Shown here: piece by piece, positions 19,642-29,117 of the stretch | Layout of the letters: each line of letters begins with the position of its first letter | How positions within the stretch are numbered: the stretch's first letter is position 1 | NCBI GenBank assembly: GCA_964421635.1 | Contig: CAYQWZ010000001.1 | Coordinates: forward strand, 71,267-135,266 | Length of the DNA stretch: 64,000 nucleotides | Direction: 5' to 3' | Source: an uncultured Candidatus Saccharibacteria bacterium | GTDB taxonomy: Bacteria; Patescibacteriota; UBA1384; CAILIB01; JAUSJZ01 | The notes under the pieces: generated by a model | The model's database searches: none | Told to the model about the DNA's origin: nothing | Seen by the model: only the letters and a program-made list of their open reading frames with translations | Made by a program: the position numbers and the translations under genes

Positions 19642-19770
19642 TCTAACTTCGCCCCTGAGAGTATATAAATAGTTACTTGATATAGATATCATCTTGTATT
19701 ACATGTTATTACGCTGTAATACTTATTACAGTTTTTCCTATTAGCCTTCTAGTTTTGTAATAATTTTAAA

Positions 19771-19813
19771 CGCCCATTTTGCTGTTCCCTCTTTTTGAGA
19801 TAGCAAATGGGCG
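19771..19813 (-). terminator. Hairpin terminator after the ATPase operon
   Basis: CGCCCATTTTGCT...AGCAAATGGGCG inverted repeat just after the stop. Confidence 0.6.
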
Positions 19814-19820
19814 AGTGATT

Positions 19821-22610
19821 TTAATTTACTGTAGGCTCAGTAGTAAGCTCAGTCTTTTCGTCTTTCTTTTTGAATCGATCTTGTTCACGAGCTATGGCAA
19901 TATCAAGCGGTTCACCAACAAACCATTTCAAACCGCCACGCTGTGAATGTTCTTTATAGGCGCGATTACCAATGACTTTTAATAGCTTGGGTTTGTATTC
20001 CTTTTTTTCTTTTGTAATTTCTTCTGCTGCCTCACTTCCCTGCTCCATATTAATAGGCTCAACAGAATTTTTAACTGTTGATTTAACTTCTTCTGGCGCT
20101 CTCTCCCCTACCACCTTATTTGGCTCTGCTGGTATATATTTCTTTTCATTCACCCGCTCTTGGGCTGAACGCAACACCTCCCCTACTTCACGAGACTTAA
20201 GTCTAGATTCCATTTTTTCTTTAATGCCACTCCACTTCTCAATTGTTGCCTCAACTTCATTTCTTGGCGTTGAGTACTTACGCCTTGATTTATCGTAAAT
20301 CTCCTCTCTGTGCTCATTATTCATTTCTGGAGGAGACAGCGTAAAGGCAGAGAAAGCCGGCGGGGATAACCCGTCAATAAGCAGTTTGATATAAATATGA
20401 TATTTCTCTAAATTAACCAAGTCTTCTTCTTCGAATGGCTTTAGCTCTTTCGTTAAGGCAGCTGCATCGGGCGCTCCTACTCTAAACGACACAATTGTAC
20501 CTACATTACCGAAAACAGCGTCTCTGACCTCTTCTGGCATCTGAGCGACATACTGGTGAGCAAGAGTCAGCCCTAAACTATACTTACGAGCCTCAGATAA
20601 AATAACAGAGAAAGATTCAGTGGCAAAATTCTGGAATTCATCAACATATAAGAAAGATTCCGGGCGCTCCTCACGAGTGACATCCGCACGACTCATAGCA
20701 GCTAGCTGCACTTTAGTAATCATCATGGCACCCATAAGGGCAGCGTTATCTTCACCAATTTTACCGCGCGAAAGATTTACAATAAATATCTTCTGTTTAT
20801 CCATCATGCCTCTAACATTAATAGAGCTTCGTTTCTGACCAACAATATTACGGATTGTTGGAGTAGATAAAAACTGACCAACTTTGTTTAAAATAGGGCT
20901 AACTGCTTCTGACTGGAACTTTTGATCCATGGCGCCAAATTCATTGACCCAGAAATCTTGAATGACCGGATCTTTAACATAATCTATAACTTTTTCTCTA
21001 AAAGCTTTTTCAGTTAACATTTTTGGAATTGAAAGCATTGTCGAATCAGGATAATCGAGCAAAGCCAAAACCGTATTGCGCAAGATATGCTCGAGTCGAG
21101 GGCCCCAAGAGTAGCCAAAGATCTTTTTAAAAATTCCTACAAAGCCCGAAGCCACCATGCCCTTAAAGTCATCATCTACTTGTTCAAGCAGATTGAAAGC
21201 AATTGGGAACTCTCTATCTGCTGGGTCAAAGACAACTACATCATCTATTCTCGATGGCGGCACAATAGCAATAGTTTCGTCTGCTAGCTCTCCATGAGGG
21301 TCAACTACAATAACTCCCCTGCCCTCATCAATGTCATCCTTAATCATATTGAGCATCAGCTTAGATTTACCCACACCAGATTTACCAATAATGTAGACAT
21401 GCTGCAGGCGGTCTAGCATTTTAATACCAAACTCTTTCTCATTATTTCTAAAGTCGGTTCGGCCAAGTAGCGTTATTTGATCATCATCATGTTCCCCTTT
21501 TATTGGTAGATTGACTGGAGCTTCACTTTTTTTACTACCTGCCCAAGTCAGATTGGGTGTCATTACACTTTGATTTGGAAAATGGTAAATTGACGCTAAT
21601 TCTTCTGTATTAAATATATTCCCCTTCTTCTCAAGGTTTCTATTCACATATTCAGACCATAGCTTGGCATCGTTAACCTTCACTTCCCCACTCTTAAATC
21701 CGTTCATATTCGTAGTATTAAACTGCTTGAAGGCTCCCAATAAGCTTTGCAGTCTAGTTTTGGCGTTAAGAGGATTATCAGAAATGGAAATTGCTCGAAT
21801 AATTACTTCATAGCCAAGCTTTGTTACTTTAGTCTCTATTCCGCTCATTGCCTCACTAACAGGGCCGGCCAACTCTTTCGGTCCATCGTCTCCCCCACCA
21901 CCCGATGAGCCAGGTGTGATAATCTCTTTAAATACATCTTGAGCTAATCTTGAGGCTGAATGCCCTACACCTGTCTTTTTTCCTATACTTCCTGACTTGA
22001 CAGCTTTAATATAGTTTAATCCTTTTTTTTGCCAGTCATCATTTACCGGCTTCATTACTAGCTGTAACCAAACCTGCTCTTGATTCGCCAGCTTCGACAG
22101 CACGGCTGTAATTGCTGCTAATGGGTCAACCTCGAAATTATTAAAGGTTCTAACTGGGTACACATCTTCTTTGTTCAAACCAATTTCAGTTAACGCAATG
22201 GTCATATTCTGCACATCGACAGATTTGGTATAGTCATCAACTTTTTCTATGCTGACATCAGGGTATTGAGCATAAATTTGGCCCTCTACGAAATCTTGTA
22301 GATGCACCGGTAAAAAGATATAAAACTGAATATAATTAACAGTGGATACAATTTCAAAGCTAATATGCTCCTGAATAATATTGTCGTCTCGCAGTATCCC
22401 ATGAATAGATGAGAAGAACTGTTCCGCTGACAGAGGGGTTTTCTCATTATTACGCGGCACATCAATTTTTAGAGTAATGAAGGTTAAGGATTCTAAGAAG
22501 TCTGACCGGCGAGCAAGTTTTTTAGATTTTAACCAGTAATTAAAAGCAATAAAAGGAGTTACCAATATAATGGCTACTATGATACCCGCTAAAATTGCTG
22601 CTGCACTCAT
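19821..22610 (-). CDS. Membrane-anchored VirD4/TraD/VirB4-like (HerA-FtsK superfamily) ATPase, paralog 2
   Basis: N-terminal TM; HVYIIGKSGVGKS Walker A, DPHGE, LYVDEFQNF, SEARKY, AHQY. Confidence 0.85.
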   Translation of the reverse strand: MSAAAILAGIIVAIILVTPFIAFNYWLKSKKLARRSDFLESLTFITLKIDVPRNNEKTPLSAEQFFSSIHGILRDDNIIQEHISFEIVSTVNYIQFYIFLPVHLQDFVEGQIYAQYPDVSIEKVDDYTKSVDVQNMTIALTEIGLNKEDVYPVRTFNNFEVDPLAAITAVLSKLANQEQVWLQLVMKPVNDDWQKKGLNYIKAVKSGSIGKKTGVGHSASRLAQDVFKEIITPGSSGGGGDDGPKELAGPVSEAMSGIETKVTKLGYEVIIRAISISDNPLNAKTRLQSLLGAFKQFNTTNMNGFKSGEVKVNDAKLWSEYVNRNLEKKGNIFNTEELASIYHFPNQSVMTPNLTWAGSKKSEAPVNLPIKGEHDDDQITLLGRTDFRNNEKEFGIKMLDRLQHVYIIGKSGVGKSKLMLNMIKDDIDEGRGVIVVDPHGELADETIAIVPPSRIDDVVVFDPADREFPIAFNLLEQVDDDFKGMVASGFVGIFKKIFGYSWGPRLEHILRNTVLALLDYPDSTMLSIPKMLTEKAFREKVIDYVKDPVIQDFWVNEFGAMDQKFQSEAVSPILNKVGQFLSTPTIRNIVGQKRSSINVRGMMDKQKIFIVNLSRGKIGEDNAALMGAMMITKVQLAAMSRADVTREERPESFLYVDEFQNFATESFSVILSEARKYSLGLTLAHQYVAQMPEEVRDAVFGNVGTIVSFRVGAPDAAALTKELKPFEEEDLVNLEKYHIYIKLLIDGLSPPAFSAFTLSPPEMNNEHREEIYDKSRRKYSTPRNEVEATIEKWSGIKEKMESRLKSREVGEVLRSAQERVNEKKYIPAEPNKVVGERAPEEVKSTVKNSVEPINMEQGSEAAEEITKEKKEYKPKLLKVIGNRAYKEHSQRGGLKWFVGEPLDIAIAREQDRFKKKDEKTELTTEPTVN

Positions 22611-25111
22611 GACAATATTTGGTTCTCTTCTTTATTATCGTTAATTGGAATCTGGTCAATCCTACTTCTCTTTAATATCATTTCTGAGACAGCTTTACCA
22701 TCTTTTCCGAACTTTAGTCGCGAAAGCTCTTTAATTGCTGCTCCTAATTTCTCGCTGCCCCCTTCGTTCCAGTCGCTTGACTTGCCTGTAAAAGGATTAG
22801 TTGGTGCTCCATCAATTAAGGTTTTTAAGTAAAAATATCTTTTTTCAATGCTAGTCATATCGTTAATAGCAATACCATCAAACTCATTGGTTAGAAAATC
22901 TGCATCGGTAGCGCCAACTCTAAACACAACAGATGTTCCAACATTACCAATAACCGCATCTCTCAACTCTTCCGTTAACTGAGCAATATACTGGTTAGTA
23001 ATATTTAAACTCAATTTATACTTTCTAGCCTCAGATAAAATTGTGGCAAAAGTTTCAGTGGTAAAGTTTTGAAACTCATCAACATACAGATAAAACGGTA
23101 CTCTCTGACTCTCTGGAACTTCTTGGCGTGAAAATGCCGCCAGCTGTAATTTAGAAACAATGATCATTCCCAAAAGATGTGAGTTCACTTCCCCTACTAA
23201 TCCTTTAGACAAATTAACTAGAAGGATCTTTTTATTGTCCATTATCTCTCGAAAATCAAAGCTGCTCTGCGGCTGGCCAATAATATTGCGCATCATATCA
23301 TTAGTCATAAAACGACCGAACTTGGAAACGAAATAATTTAACATCTCACTTTTACTTTGAGCTGAGGTTTGAGCCATCTGCTTCTCCCAGAAGGCTTTAA
23401 CTACTGGGTCAGTCACATGCGCTACACTGGCTTTTTCAAACTCTTTATCAACAAATAGGCGTGGAATTTCAACCAAGGTTCCCCCTTCCGGATTACTCAT
23501 TAAAGTTAGTGCTGCATTTCTAAGCCAGTGCTCGAACTGTGGCCCGACAATTCCTGTCTGATTAGGGTCAAACAGTTTATAAAACATTGAGACTGCCTCT
23601 TGCACTAAAAAGTCTTTATCTTCCGGTTTTTTCCACTCTAGCAGGTTTAAGCCAAACGGTCTGCCTGTATCTGCCGGATTAAAATAGACAACATCTTCTG
23701 CTCGCTCTTTTGGAATGCGACTTAAAATCCATTCAATAGCATCACCGTTAGGGTCAATGTAACAAACGCCATGGCCGGCCTGAATATCTTGCTCAATCAT
23801 ATTTTCAAATAGAACCGTTTTACCAACACCCGTTTTACCAATCATAAACAGATGCCGCATTCTATCATCAGGTTGTATATAGATTGGCTTTGTCTCTCCG
23901 CGATATACTGACTCCCCTATCTTAATTCCTTCCTTTGGCATATTAGATGGCGGCGATAATTTTCGCGAACCAAGCCAGGCAATATTCGGAGTATCTACAT
24001 TGGCGTTCGGTAAATGATAAACAGAGGCAATCTCTTTAGTGTTCAAAATCATAGTTGGCGAACTGCCAAACCGGCGAAAAATATAATCCTTAATAATGAC
24101 ATCGGGTTTTCTTTTGTTAACTCGAAATCCGTTTCTGTCTGGCGAGTTGAATTGGCCAAAAGCAGATATTATATTATTCAAATGATTTTTGGCCTCAATC
24201 TCTGTATTCGAGCTAGTGACACATCTTATCTGAACATCTAGTGCTTGGTCAGACATCTTCTCTTTCAAAAGCTCAATTAACACCTGATTTTTTGGCGAGA
24301 CCGTTTTTTGCTCCGGCAACGCTTGTGACTTATTATCACTTCCTCTGACAATCTCTTTTCCAATATCTCCCAATAAATTACCAGCCGAGCTCTTCCAATC
24401 CTTCGCTTCTTCTATATCTTTTCCATCCATTAATTCAGCCAACGCCTTCTCAATATTTTCCTGCCATTTTGCCTGTCGTGGTCTAATTAAAACCTGAACG
24501 GCACCGTTCGTTTCGGTCCCTAATTTAGAAAGCGCGCTGGAAATTGGGTTAAGTGTATCGACTTCAATATCGGGATAAGTTTTAATCGGAATCATATACG
24601 AGCGATTCAACTCCAAGTAAGCGGCATCGTAAGGCTTGTCCTGACCATTAAATAGTTGAAAATCTTTTGCCTCCTCAATTTGCGCCGAAGGATAAATAGA
24701 ATGAATTTGTCGCTCAATTAAATCTTTATGCAAAGCCGGCGTTGCTATGTAGAAAAATATCTCACTATTCTTAGCTAAAATTTCTAAAGAGAATGTTGGC
24801 TGAACCGGCTTGTTGAACATTGAAGGATTTTCAAAGATTGTTGTCAAACTATCTAACAGTGGTTCGAATATTGAGATTAGGTCTTTGTAATCTTTCTTCT
24901 CTTCGTCGTTACTCCCCTGCTCTTTGGGCACTAAAATTTTTAGAAAAATCAAATTCTTCGCCGCCGCTGTTTGGCCGACAATCGATTTCGCTTTATTTTT
25001 TCGCGTCAACCACCAAAAAACCAAAAAAGCAGCCACCAAAAAAATTATTAGTAAAGCTACCCCACTCTGGTTTGATTGTGTCGCTGCACCTTCAAAAAAG
25101 GGGTCGTTCAT
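22607..25111 (-). CDS. Membrane-anchored VirD4/TraD/VirB4-like ATPase, paralog 1
   Basis: N-terminal TM; HLFMIGKTGVGKT, DPNGD, LYVDEFQNF, SEARKY, TNQY; ATGA overlap with paralog 2. Confidence 0.85.
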   Translation of the reverse strand: MNDPFFEGAATQSNQSGVALLIIFLVAAFLVFWWLTRKNKAKSIVGQTAAAKNLIFLKILVPKEQGSNDEEKKDYKDLISIFEPLLDSLTTIFENPSMFNKPVQPTFSLEILAKNSEIFFYIATPALHKDLIERQIHSIYPSAQIEEAKDFQLFNGQDKPYDAAYLELNRSYMIPIKTYPDIEVDTLNPISSALSKLGTETNGAVQVLIRPRQAKWQENIEKALAELMDGKDIEEAKDWKSSAGNLLGDIGKEIVRGSDNKSQALPEQKTVSPKNQVLIELLKEKMSDQALDVQIRCVTSSNTEIEAKNHLNNIISAFGQFNSPDRNGFRVNKRKPDVIIKDYIFRRFGSSPTMILNTKEIASVYHLPNANVDTPNIAWLGSRKLSPPSNMPKEGIKIGESVYRGETKPIYIQPDDRMRHLFMIGKTGVGKTVLFENMIEQDIQAGHGVCYIDPNGDAIEWILSRIPKERAEDVVYFNPADTGRPFGLNLLEWKKPEDKDFLVQEAVSMFYKLFDPNQTGIVGPQFEHWLRNAALTLMSNPEGGTLVEIPRLFVDKEFEKASVAHVTDPVVKAFWEKQMAQTSAQSKSEMLNYFVSKFGRFMTNDMMRNIIGQPQSSFDFREIMDNKKILLVNLSKGLVGEVNSHLLGMIIVSKLQLAAFSRQEVPESQRVPFYLYVDEFQNFTTETFATILSEARKYKLSLNITNQYIAQLTEELRDAVIGNVGTSVVFRVGATDADFLTNEFDGIAINDMTSIEKRYFYLKTLIDGAPTNPFTGKSSDWNEGGSEKLGAAIKELSRLKFGKDGKAVSEMILKRSRIDQIPINDNKEENQILS

Positions 25112-25147
25112 ACTTCTTATTTTACCCCAAAATCTACCTATTAGGGC

Positions 25148-25441
25148 CTATATTTCAGGCCCAAAAAGATCATTCTCTAATACACTAGGCTGACTGTCGC
25201 TATTGATATCATTTGTAGTCTGTAAGTTTGGCTCAACTTTTGATGTTTCATTTGTCGCAGCCTCTGTTTGAGAATGCAGATTAACTTCCATTTTTTGCGG
25301 AATTAACTGTTTAGACTCAGATTCAACAGCCAGCTCTTTAACAGAAGGATTACTGTTTACTTTAACTGGCTGCTGTAATTTCTCTGGTTGTGGCGGTAGT
25401 TCTAACCCACCAATTTTATTTTCCACAATTTTATTTTCCAT
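25148..25441 (-). CDS. Hypothetical low-complexity protein
   Basis: 97 aa ORF filling the gap, co-oriented with neighbours; no motif. Confidence 0.5.
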   Translation of the reverse strand: MENKIVENKIGGLELPPQPEKLQQPVKVNSNPSVKELAVESESKQLIPQKMEVNLHSQTEAATNETSKVEPNLQTTNDINSDSQPSVLENDLFGPEI

Positions 25442-25445
25442 GTAT

Positions 25446-26630
25446 CTATTTTATACCAAATGTCTGACAAAACTTTTCATACTTATTATCTCGAATTGCA
25501 TTCTGCGAATGTTTAATAATATTTTGAATAAAAGTTAAGTTGTGTAAAGTAAATTCCTGCATAATACCAATCTCTTTCTCTTTATATAAATGATTAATAA
25601 AGGATTGCTTGATCTCTCTTCTCTCTTGAGCATTGTAGATCTCTTCGTTCTCGTCTGAGTTTTGATACTTTGCTTTAGGAAAAGTGTGTTTCTCAATTGT
25701 AATTTTTTTCGCTTCAGCCAGTTTCTTTGTGTCTAATTCCCAAAAAGCATCAATGTCTTCTTTTTTACCTTTGAGTTGCCAAATTACTCCATGTCTAGCC
25801 AATCTGGTTGGCAAAACACAATCGAACATATCTATTCCGCATTTTATAGCGTGCATAATATCTTCAGGCTCACCTACTCCCATTAAATATCTGGGTTTGT
25901 TGGTCGGCAATAAATTGGCAGTGTATTCAATTGTTTCATACAGCTTTTTCTTCGACTCCCCCACTGCCAGACCGCCAATTGCATTGCCATCTAAATTTAG
26001 ATTAGCTACAAATTCTGCCGATTGAGCTCTCAAAGTTTTATTTGTGCCTCCTTGCACAATACCAAACAAAGCCGGCTTTTTACTCTTAAGTGATCGCCAG
26101 TAAATAGCTGCTTCTGCCAACCAATTATGTGTTCGCTGTAAAGCTCGCTTAAGCTCATCTGAATTTGCCCCCGCCTCTGCACAATCATCAAGAGGCATAG
26201 CAATATCTACTCCCAATTTTGTTTGAATATCAATAACTTTTTTTGGAGTAAATCTGTGAGTTGAGCCATCATAGTGTGAAGTGAAAGTCACTCCTAGCTC
26301 ATCAATTTTAGCTAGCTTGCCACCTCTTTTTCGTCCTAAAGAAAACACTTGGTATCCTCCGCTATCAGTTAGGATTGGCCCAGAATAACCAATAAAATTA
26401 TGTAATCCTTGCGCATTCTCAATTACTTTCAGACCCGGCCGCAAATATAGATGATAAGTATTAGCCAGAAAGATTTGAGCACCCGTATTTTTTAGCTGAT
26501 CAAAATTAATAGTCTTGATGAATCCTTTAGTACCCACTGTCATAAAAGCGGGCGTAGTAAAATCTCCATGAGCGGTTTTGACCACACCTAAACGAGCACC
26601 TCCATCTTTCTTGCTTAGTTTAAATTCCAT
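25446..26630 (-). CDS. tgt: tRNA-guanine transglycosylase
   Basis: TPAFM.VGT, NTYHL, LTDSGGYQV, FGIVQGG, PRYLMGVG, DMFDCVLPTR. Confidence 0.95.
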   Translation of the reverse strand: MEFKLSKKDGGARLGVVKTAHGDFTTPAFMTVGTKGFIKTINFDQLKNTGAQIFLANTYHLYLRPGLKVIENAQGLHNFIGYSGPILTDSGGYQVFSLGRKRGGKLAKIDELGVTFTSHYDGSTHRFTPKKVIDIQTKLGVDIAMPLDDCAEAGANSDELKRALQRTHNWLAEAAIYWRSLKSKKPALFGIVQGGTNKTLRAQSAEFVANLNLDGNAIGGLAVGESKKKLYETIEYTANLLPTNKPRYLMGVGEPEDIMHAIKCGIDMFDCVLPTRLARHGVIWQLKGKKEDIDAFWELDTKKLAEAKKITIEKHTFPKAKYQNSDENEEIYNAQERREIKQSFINHLYKEKEIGIMQEFTLHNLTFIQNIIKHSQNAIRDNKYEKFCQTFGIK

Positions 26631-27241
26631 TAGGGTAAATCTCTTAGCTCCTTAAATTTTTTGTTTTCAAAGACAAGTGTATTGGTGCTTAAATTGTCAA
26701 CCTTATTTTTTTGCTTAAAATCATGATATGAAATTCCTAAAGTTGAACATATTGCCACAATAATTGGATCCCCATGCGAGACAACTAAAACATGAGACAG
26801 ATTTTTAGCTAAAGTCTGTTTAATAAATTTCTGCATCCGGCTTTGCATTTGCACGAAGGATTCAAACTTCTGACCCTCAACTTCCACCGGCAATTGGTAA
26901 GGATCTTGATCGTAGATAGCTTTTAGCTTGGCGTACTTTCCACTATTCCAAACTCTGCGGCTCATACCTTGTGTGATATATACCCACTCAATTATTTCTT
27001 TTGTGTACTCAATTTCAATCTGTGGTAATGCTTCTTTTTTTACTATTTGTGCTGTTTGCTTCGTTCGTTCTAGTGGGCTTGAGATTATTAGTTGGTAAGG
27101 ATTATTCTTTAAATCATTGGCTTTCTTCTTCGTATTTTTAACACCAATCGCTGATAAAAAATATCCTTCGAGCGCTCCATAAATTATCTCTTTTTTATTT
27201 TCTACTTCTGCATGTCTTAAGAAAGTTATATATTGAGTCAT
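26630..27241 (-). CDS. Histidine phosphatase family protein
   Basis: LRHAE, SSPL.RT.QTA, VSHGD. Confidence 0.85.
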   Translation of the reverse strand: MTQYITFLRHAEVENKKEIIYGALEGYFLSAIGVKNTKKKANDLKNNPYQLIISSPLERTKQTAQIVKKEALPQIEIEYTKEIIEWVYITQGMSRRVWNSGKYAKLKAIYDQDPYQLPVEVEGQKFESFVQMQSRMQKFIKQTLAKNLSHVLVVSHGDPIIVAICSTLGISYHDFKQKNKVDNLSTNTLVFENKKFKELRDLP

Positions 27242-27257
27242 ACTATATTTGATTTAT

Positions 27258-27293
27258 ACAACAAAACGCCCTCAAGTAGGGCGTTTTGTTTTT
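27258..27293. terminator. Intrinsic terminator after rplL
   Basis: ACAAAACGCCCT-CAAGT-AGGGCGTTTTGT. Confidence 0.8.
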
Positions 27294-27306
27294 ATGTTCA
27301 CCTTAT

Positions 27307-27753
27307 TTATTTAAGCTCAACCTTGGCACCAGCCGCTTCTAGCTTTTTCTTGGCTTCTTCTGCGTCATCTTTTGCCATAGCCTTAGCTACAGTTTTAGGA
27401 GCAGCTTCAACTAAATCTTTTGCATCCTTCAAGCCTAGGTTTTGGTCAATTTCACGCACTGCTTTAATGACAGCTATCTTCTGTGAACCAGCGTCAGCTA
27501 GAACAACATCATACTCACTTTTTGCTTCCTCTTCTTCTGCGGCTTCACCTGCAGCAGAACCACCGGTCATCATTATAGGAGCAGCAGCTGAAACGCCAAA
27601 TTTATCTTCAAGCACCTTTACGAACTCGGAAAGTTCTACTGCACTCATCTCTTCAATTTTTTTTACTAAGTCAGCAAACTTTGGGTCTACTGCTTTTGTT
27701 TCTTCTTTTGACTCCTCTTTTGGAGCCTCTTTTGTATCTTTTTCTTCGGCCAT
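27307..27753 (-). CDS. rplL: 50S ribosomal protein L7/L12
   Basis: [37 protein letters not shown]. Confidence 0.97.
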   Translation of the reverse strand: MAEEKDTKEAPKEESKEETKAVDPKFADLVKKIEEMSAVELSEFVKVLEDKFGVSAAAPIMMTGGSAAGEAAEEEEAKSEYDVVLADAGSQKIAVIKAVREIDQNLGLKDAKDLVEAAPKTVAKAMAKDDAEEAKKKLEAAGAKVELK

Positions 27754-27757
27754 AATA

Positions 27758-28282
27758 CTAATTTATTTTTTTACTTTGTACTTGATTCAAAACATTAACT
27801 AATCCTGAAAGTGGACCACGAATTACATTTACCAAGCCAGTCAATGGTGAGGCGATGACAAAAACTGTTTGTGCAAGTAACTGTTCTTTTGAAGGCAGAG
27901 ACGCTAGCTGTAACACAATATCTTTTTCAACCACCTTACCTTCGTATATTCCACCGACAACTTCTAGAACTTCTAATCTCTTAGCAAATTCATTAATGTC
28001 TTTTGAAACCTGAGCTTCATCTGTAGCTGAGGATGCAATAGCTAAAGGTTGACTATAGAATTCATCTGGCAGTTCAAGTTTGTTTTTCTTTAGCGCTAAC
28101 TTTAGTAAGTTGTTTTTGACAATTACGAAATCTTCATTATTTTCAAAAAACTTCTGTCTAATGTTTTCTGATTCCTCTACTGGTAATCCTTTATATCCTA
28201 AAATAACCGTCATTTTAGAACCGTCAATGACTTCGTGGTACTTGTTTACTAACTTCTCTTTTTGTACTCTTGTTTTTGGCAT
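27758..28282 (-). CDS. rplJ: 50S ribosomal protein L10
   Basis: [18 protein letters not shown]; upstream of rplL. Confidence 0.95.
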   Translation of the reverse strand: MPKTRVQKEKLVNKYHEVIDGSKMTVILGYKGLPVEESENIRQKFFENNEDFVIVKNNLLKLALKKNKLELPDEFYSQPLAIASSATDEAQVSKDINEFAKRLEVLEVVGGIYEGKVVEKDIVLQLASLPSKEQLLAQTVFVIASPLTGLVNVIRGPLSGLVNVLNQVQSKKIN

Positions 28283-28283
28283 T

Positions 28284-28388
28284 TAAAAAACTGACTTATT
28301 AAAGTCAGAGATATTTAGAGATTATGCACGATTTGCGCGCTGTTCGTCTCGGCAGGACTTATGCTTGCCTGCTGTCTCTGACTTACTG
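28284..28388 (-). ncRNA. L10 leader with attenuator
   Basis: AGACAGCAGG...CCUGCCGAG core; AAGUCAGAGA can pair with UCUCUGACUU, competing with the terminator CUGACUU-UAAU-AAGUCAG-UUUUUU just before the ATG. Confidence 0.85.
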
Positions 28389-28392
28389 AATT

Positions 28393-28421
28393 AGATTACC
28401 AAATTAGCAGGATTGTGTCAA
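28393..28421 (-). promoter_or_regulatory. sigma70 promoter for rplJL
   Basis: TTGACA-17 nt-TAATCT with extended TG. Confidence 0.75.
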
Positions 28422-28430
28422 ACAATAATA

Positions 28431-28465
28431 AAAAAACCGCCGGCTTCTTTCGAAGTCGACGGGGA
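28431..28465 (-). terminator. Terminator of the GC-rich orphan gene
   Basis: CCGUCGACUUC-GAAA-GAAGCCGGCGG then UUUUUU on the - strand. Confidence 0.7.
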
Positions 28466-28470
28466 GTTCG

Positions 28471-28740
28471 TCAGGCCCGGTTGGGTGGCTTTTGAAGCTT
28501 GTTGGCCAGCACTTGGATTCCGAGCCATGCAACAGCTGAGATACCCAAAACGATGAGCATTACTGTTGGTAGACCCACCACAATCAACACCACCCCAACT
28601 GCCAAAGTGACCCTGGCGTTGGTCCTCATGCACTCGGCCGTACGAGGCACGAAGCTCTCTAGTCGATTGCTGTTGTAGATGCCCAACAGACTGAAGACGC
28701 TCACTGCCAGCCCGAGCCACAGACACCAGTAGATTCCCAC
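28471..28740 (-). CDS. GC-rich small membrane protein (orphan)
   Basis: GTG start, SD GAAAGGGGG, -10 TGtTATATT (hexamer 28764-28769), own terminator, 2-3 hydrophobic segments. Confidence 0.6.
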   Translation of the reverse strand: MGIYWCLWLGLAVSVFSLLGIYNSNRLESFVPRTAECMRTNARVTLAVGVVLIVVGLPTVMLIVLGISAVAWLGIQVLANKLQKPPNRA

Positions 28741-28885
28741 TGTGTGCCCCCTTTCTGTCTTTTAATATAACAAAAATACCCCTCTGATGCACGGTTTTTT
28801 TGGTTTTATCTAGATAATCATATTGTAATGTACTGTCATCTATAATTTAATTGATCACTATTCCAACAAGAAAGGAGGTGATCAG

Positions 28886-29059
28886 GCTAGTTACGGCACA
28901 AAAGACCTGGGTACCGGTAACTCAACTTTCAACGCCTCTAGCGTTGGCAAGATGACCGGTTCCAGCTCCAGTCAGGCAGCTGCTGCAGGCCACGCTGCTC
29001 GAGACGACATGCAGTCGTCTGGCGATATGGGGGTCTCTCCCAGCCGGGGCAAGTCGTGA
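28886..29059 (+). pseudogene. GC-rich 57-codon Ser/Gly/Ala-rich frame with a strong SD but no canonical start codon (pseudogene, indel error or non-canonical initiation)
   Basis: TATAAT 28841-46, AGAAAGGAGGTGATC 28869-83, frame ASYGTKDLG...AAAGHAARDD...GKS*, terminator immediately after. Confidence 0.5.
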
Positions 29060-29070
29060 TCCTCAACTCA

Positions 29071-29100
29071 TGTCGGGGAGCTTCTCCCCGACACTTTTTT
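29071..29100 (+). terminator. Intrinsic terminator
   Basis: TGTCGGGGAG-CTT-CTCCCCGACA perfect stem followed by a T run. Confidence 0.85.
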
Positions 29101-29117
29101 CTGCTAAGTTCAAGCTA

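Noticed and set aside
19425-19820. Firm call of a replication terminus, or tmRNA/SRP/RNase P in the gap
   Set aside because: No diagnostic RNA motifs recognised; skew by eye does not clearly switch, so kept only as a candidate dif-like site
19821-25111. Conjugative element or ICE
   Set aside because: No relaxase, integrase, att sites or mating-pair genes; composition matches the core genome
28418-28792. 124 aa - strand ORF
   Set aside because: It spans the promoter and terminator of the 89 aa ORF, which has the SD and a membrane-protein pattern
28869-28887. Possible 16S rRNA fragment on the - strand
   Set aside because: The match covers only the 15-nt anti-SD tail; the flanks are not rRNA-like
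29070-29117. N-terminal extension of the 130 aa ORF
   Set aside because: It runs through the terminator hairpin; ATG 29118 is more plausible
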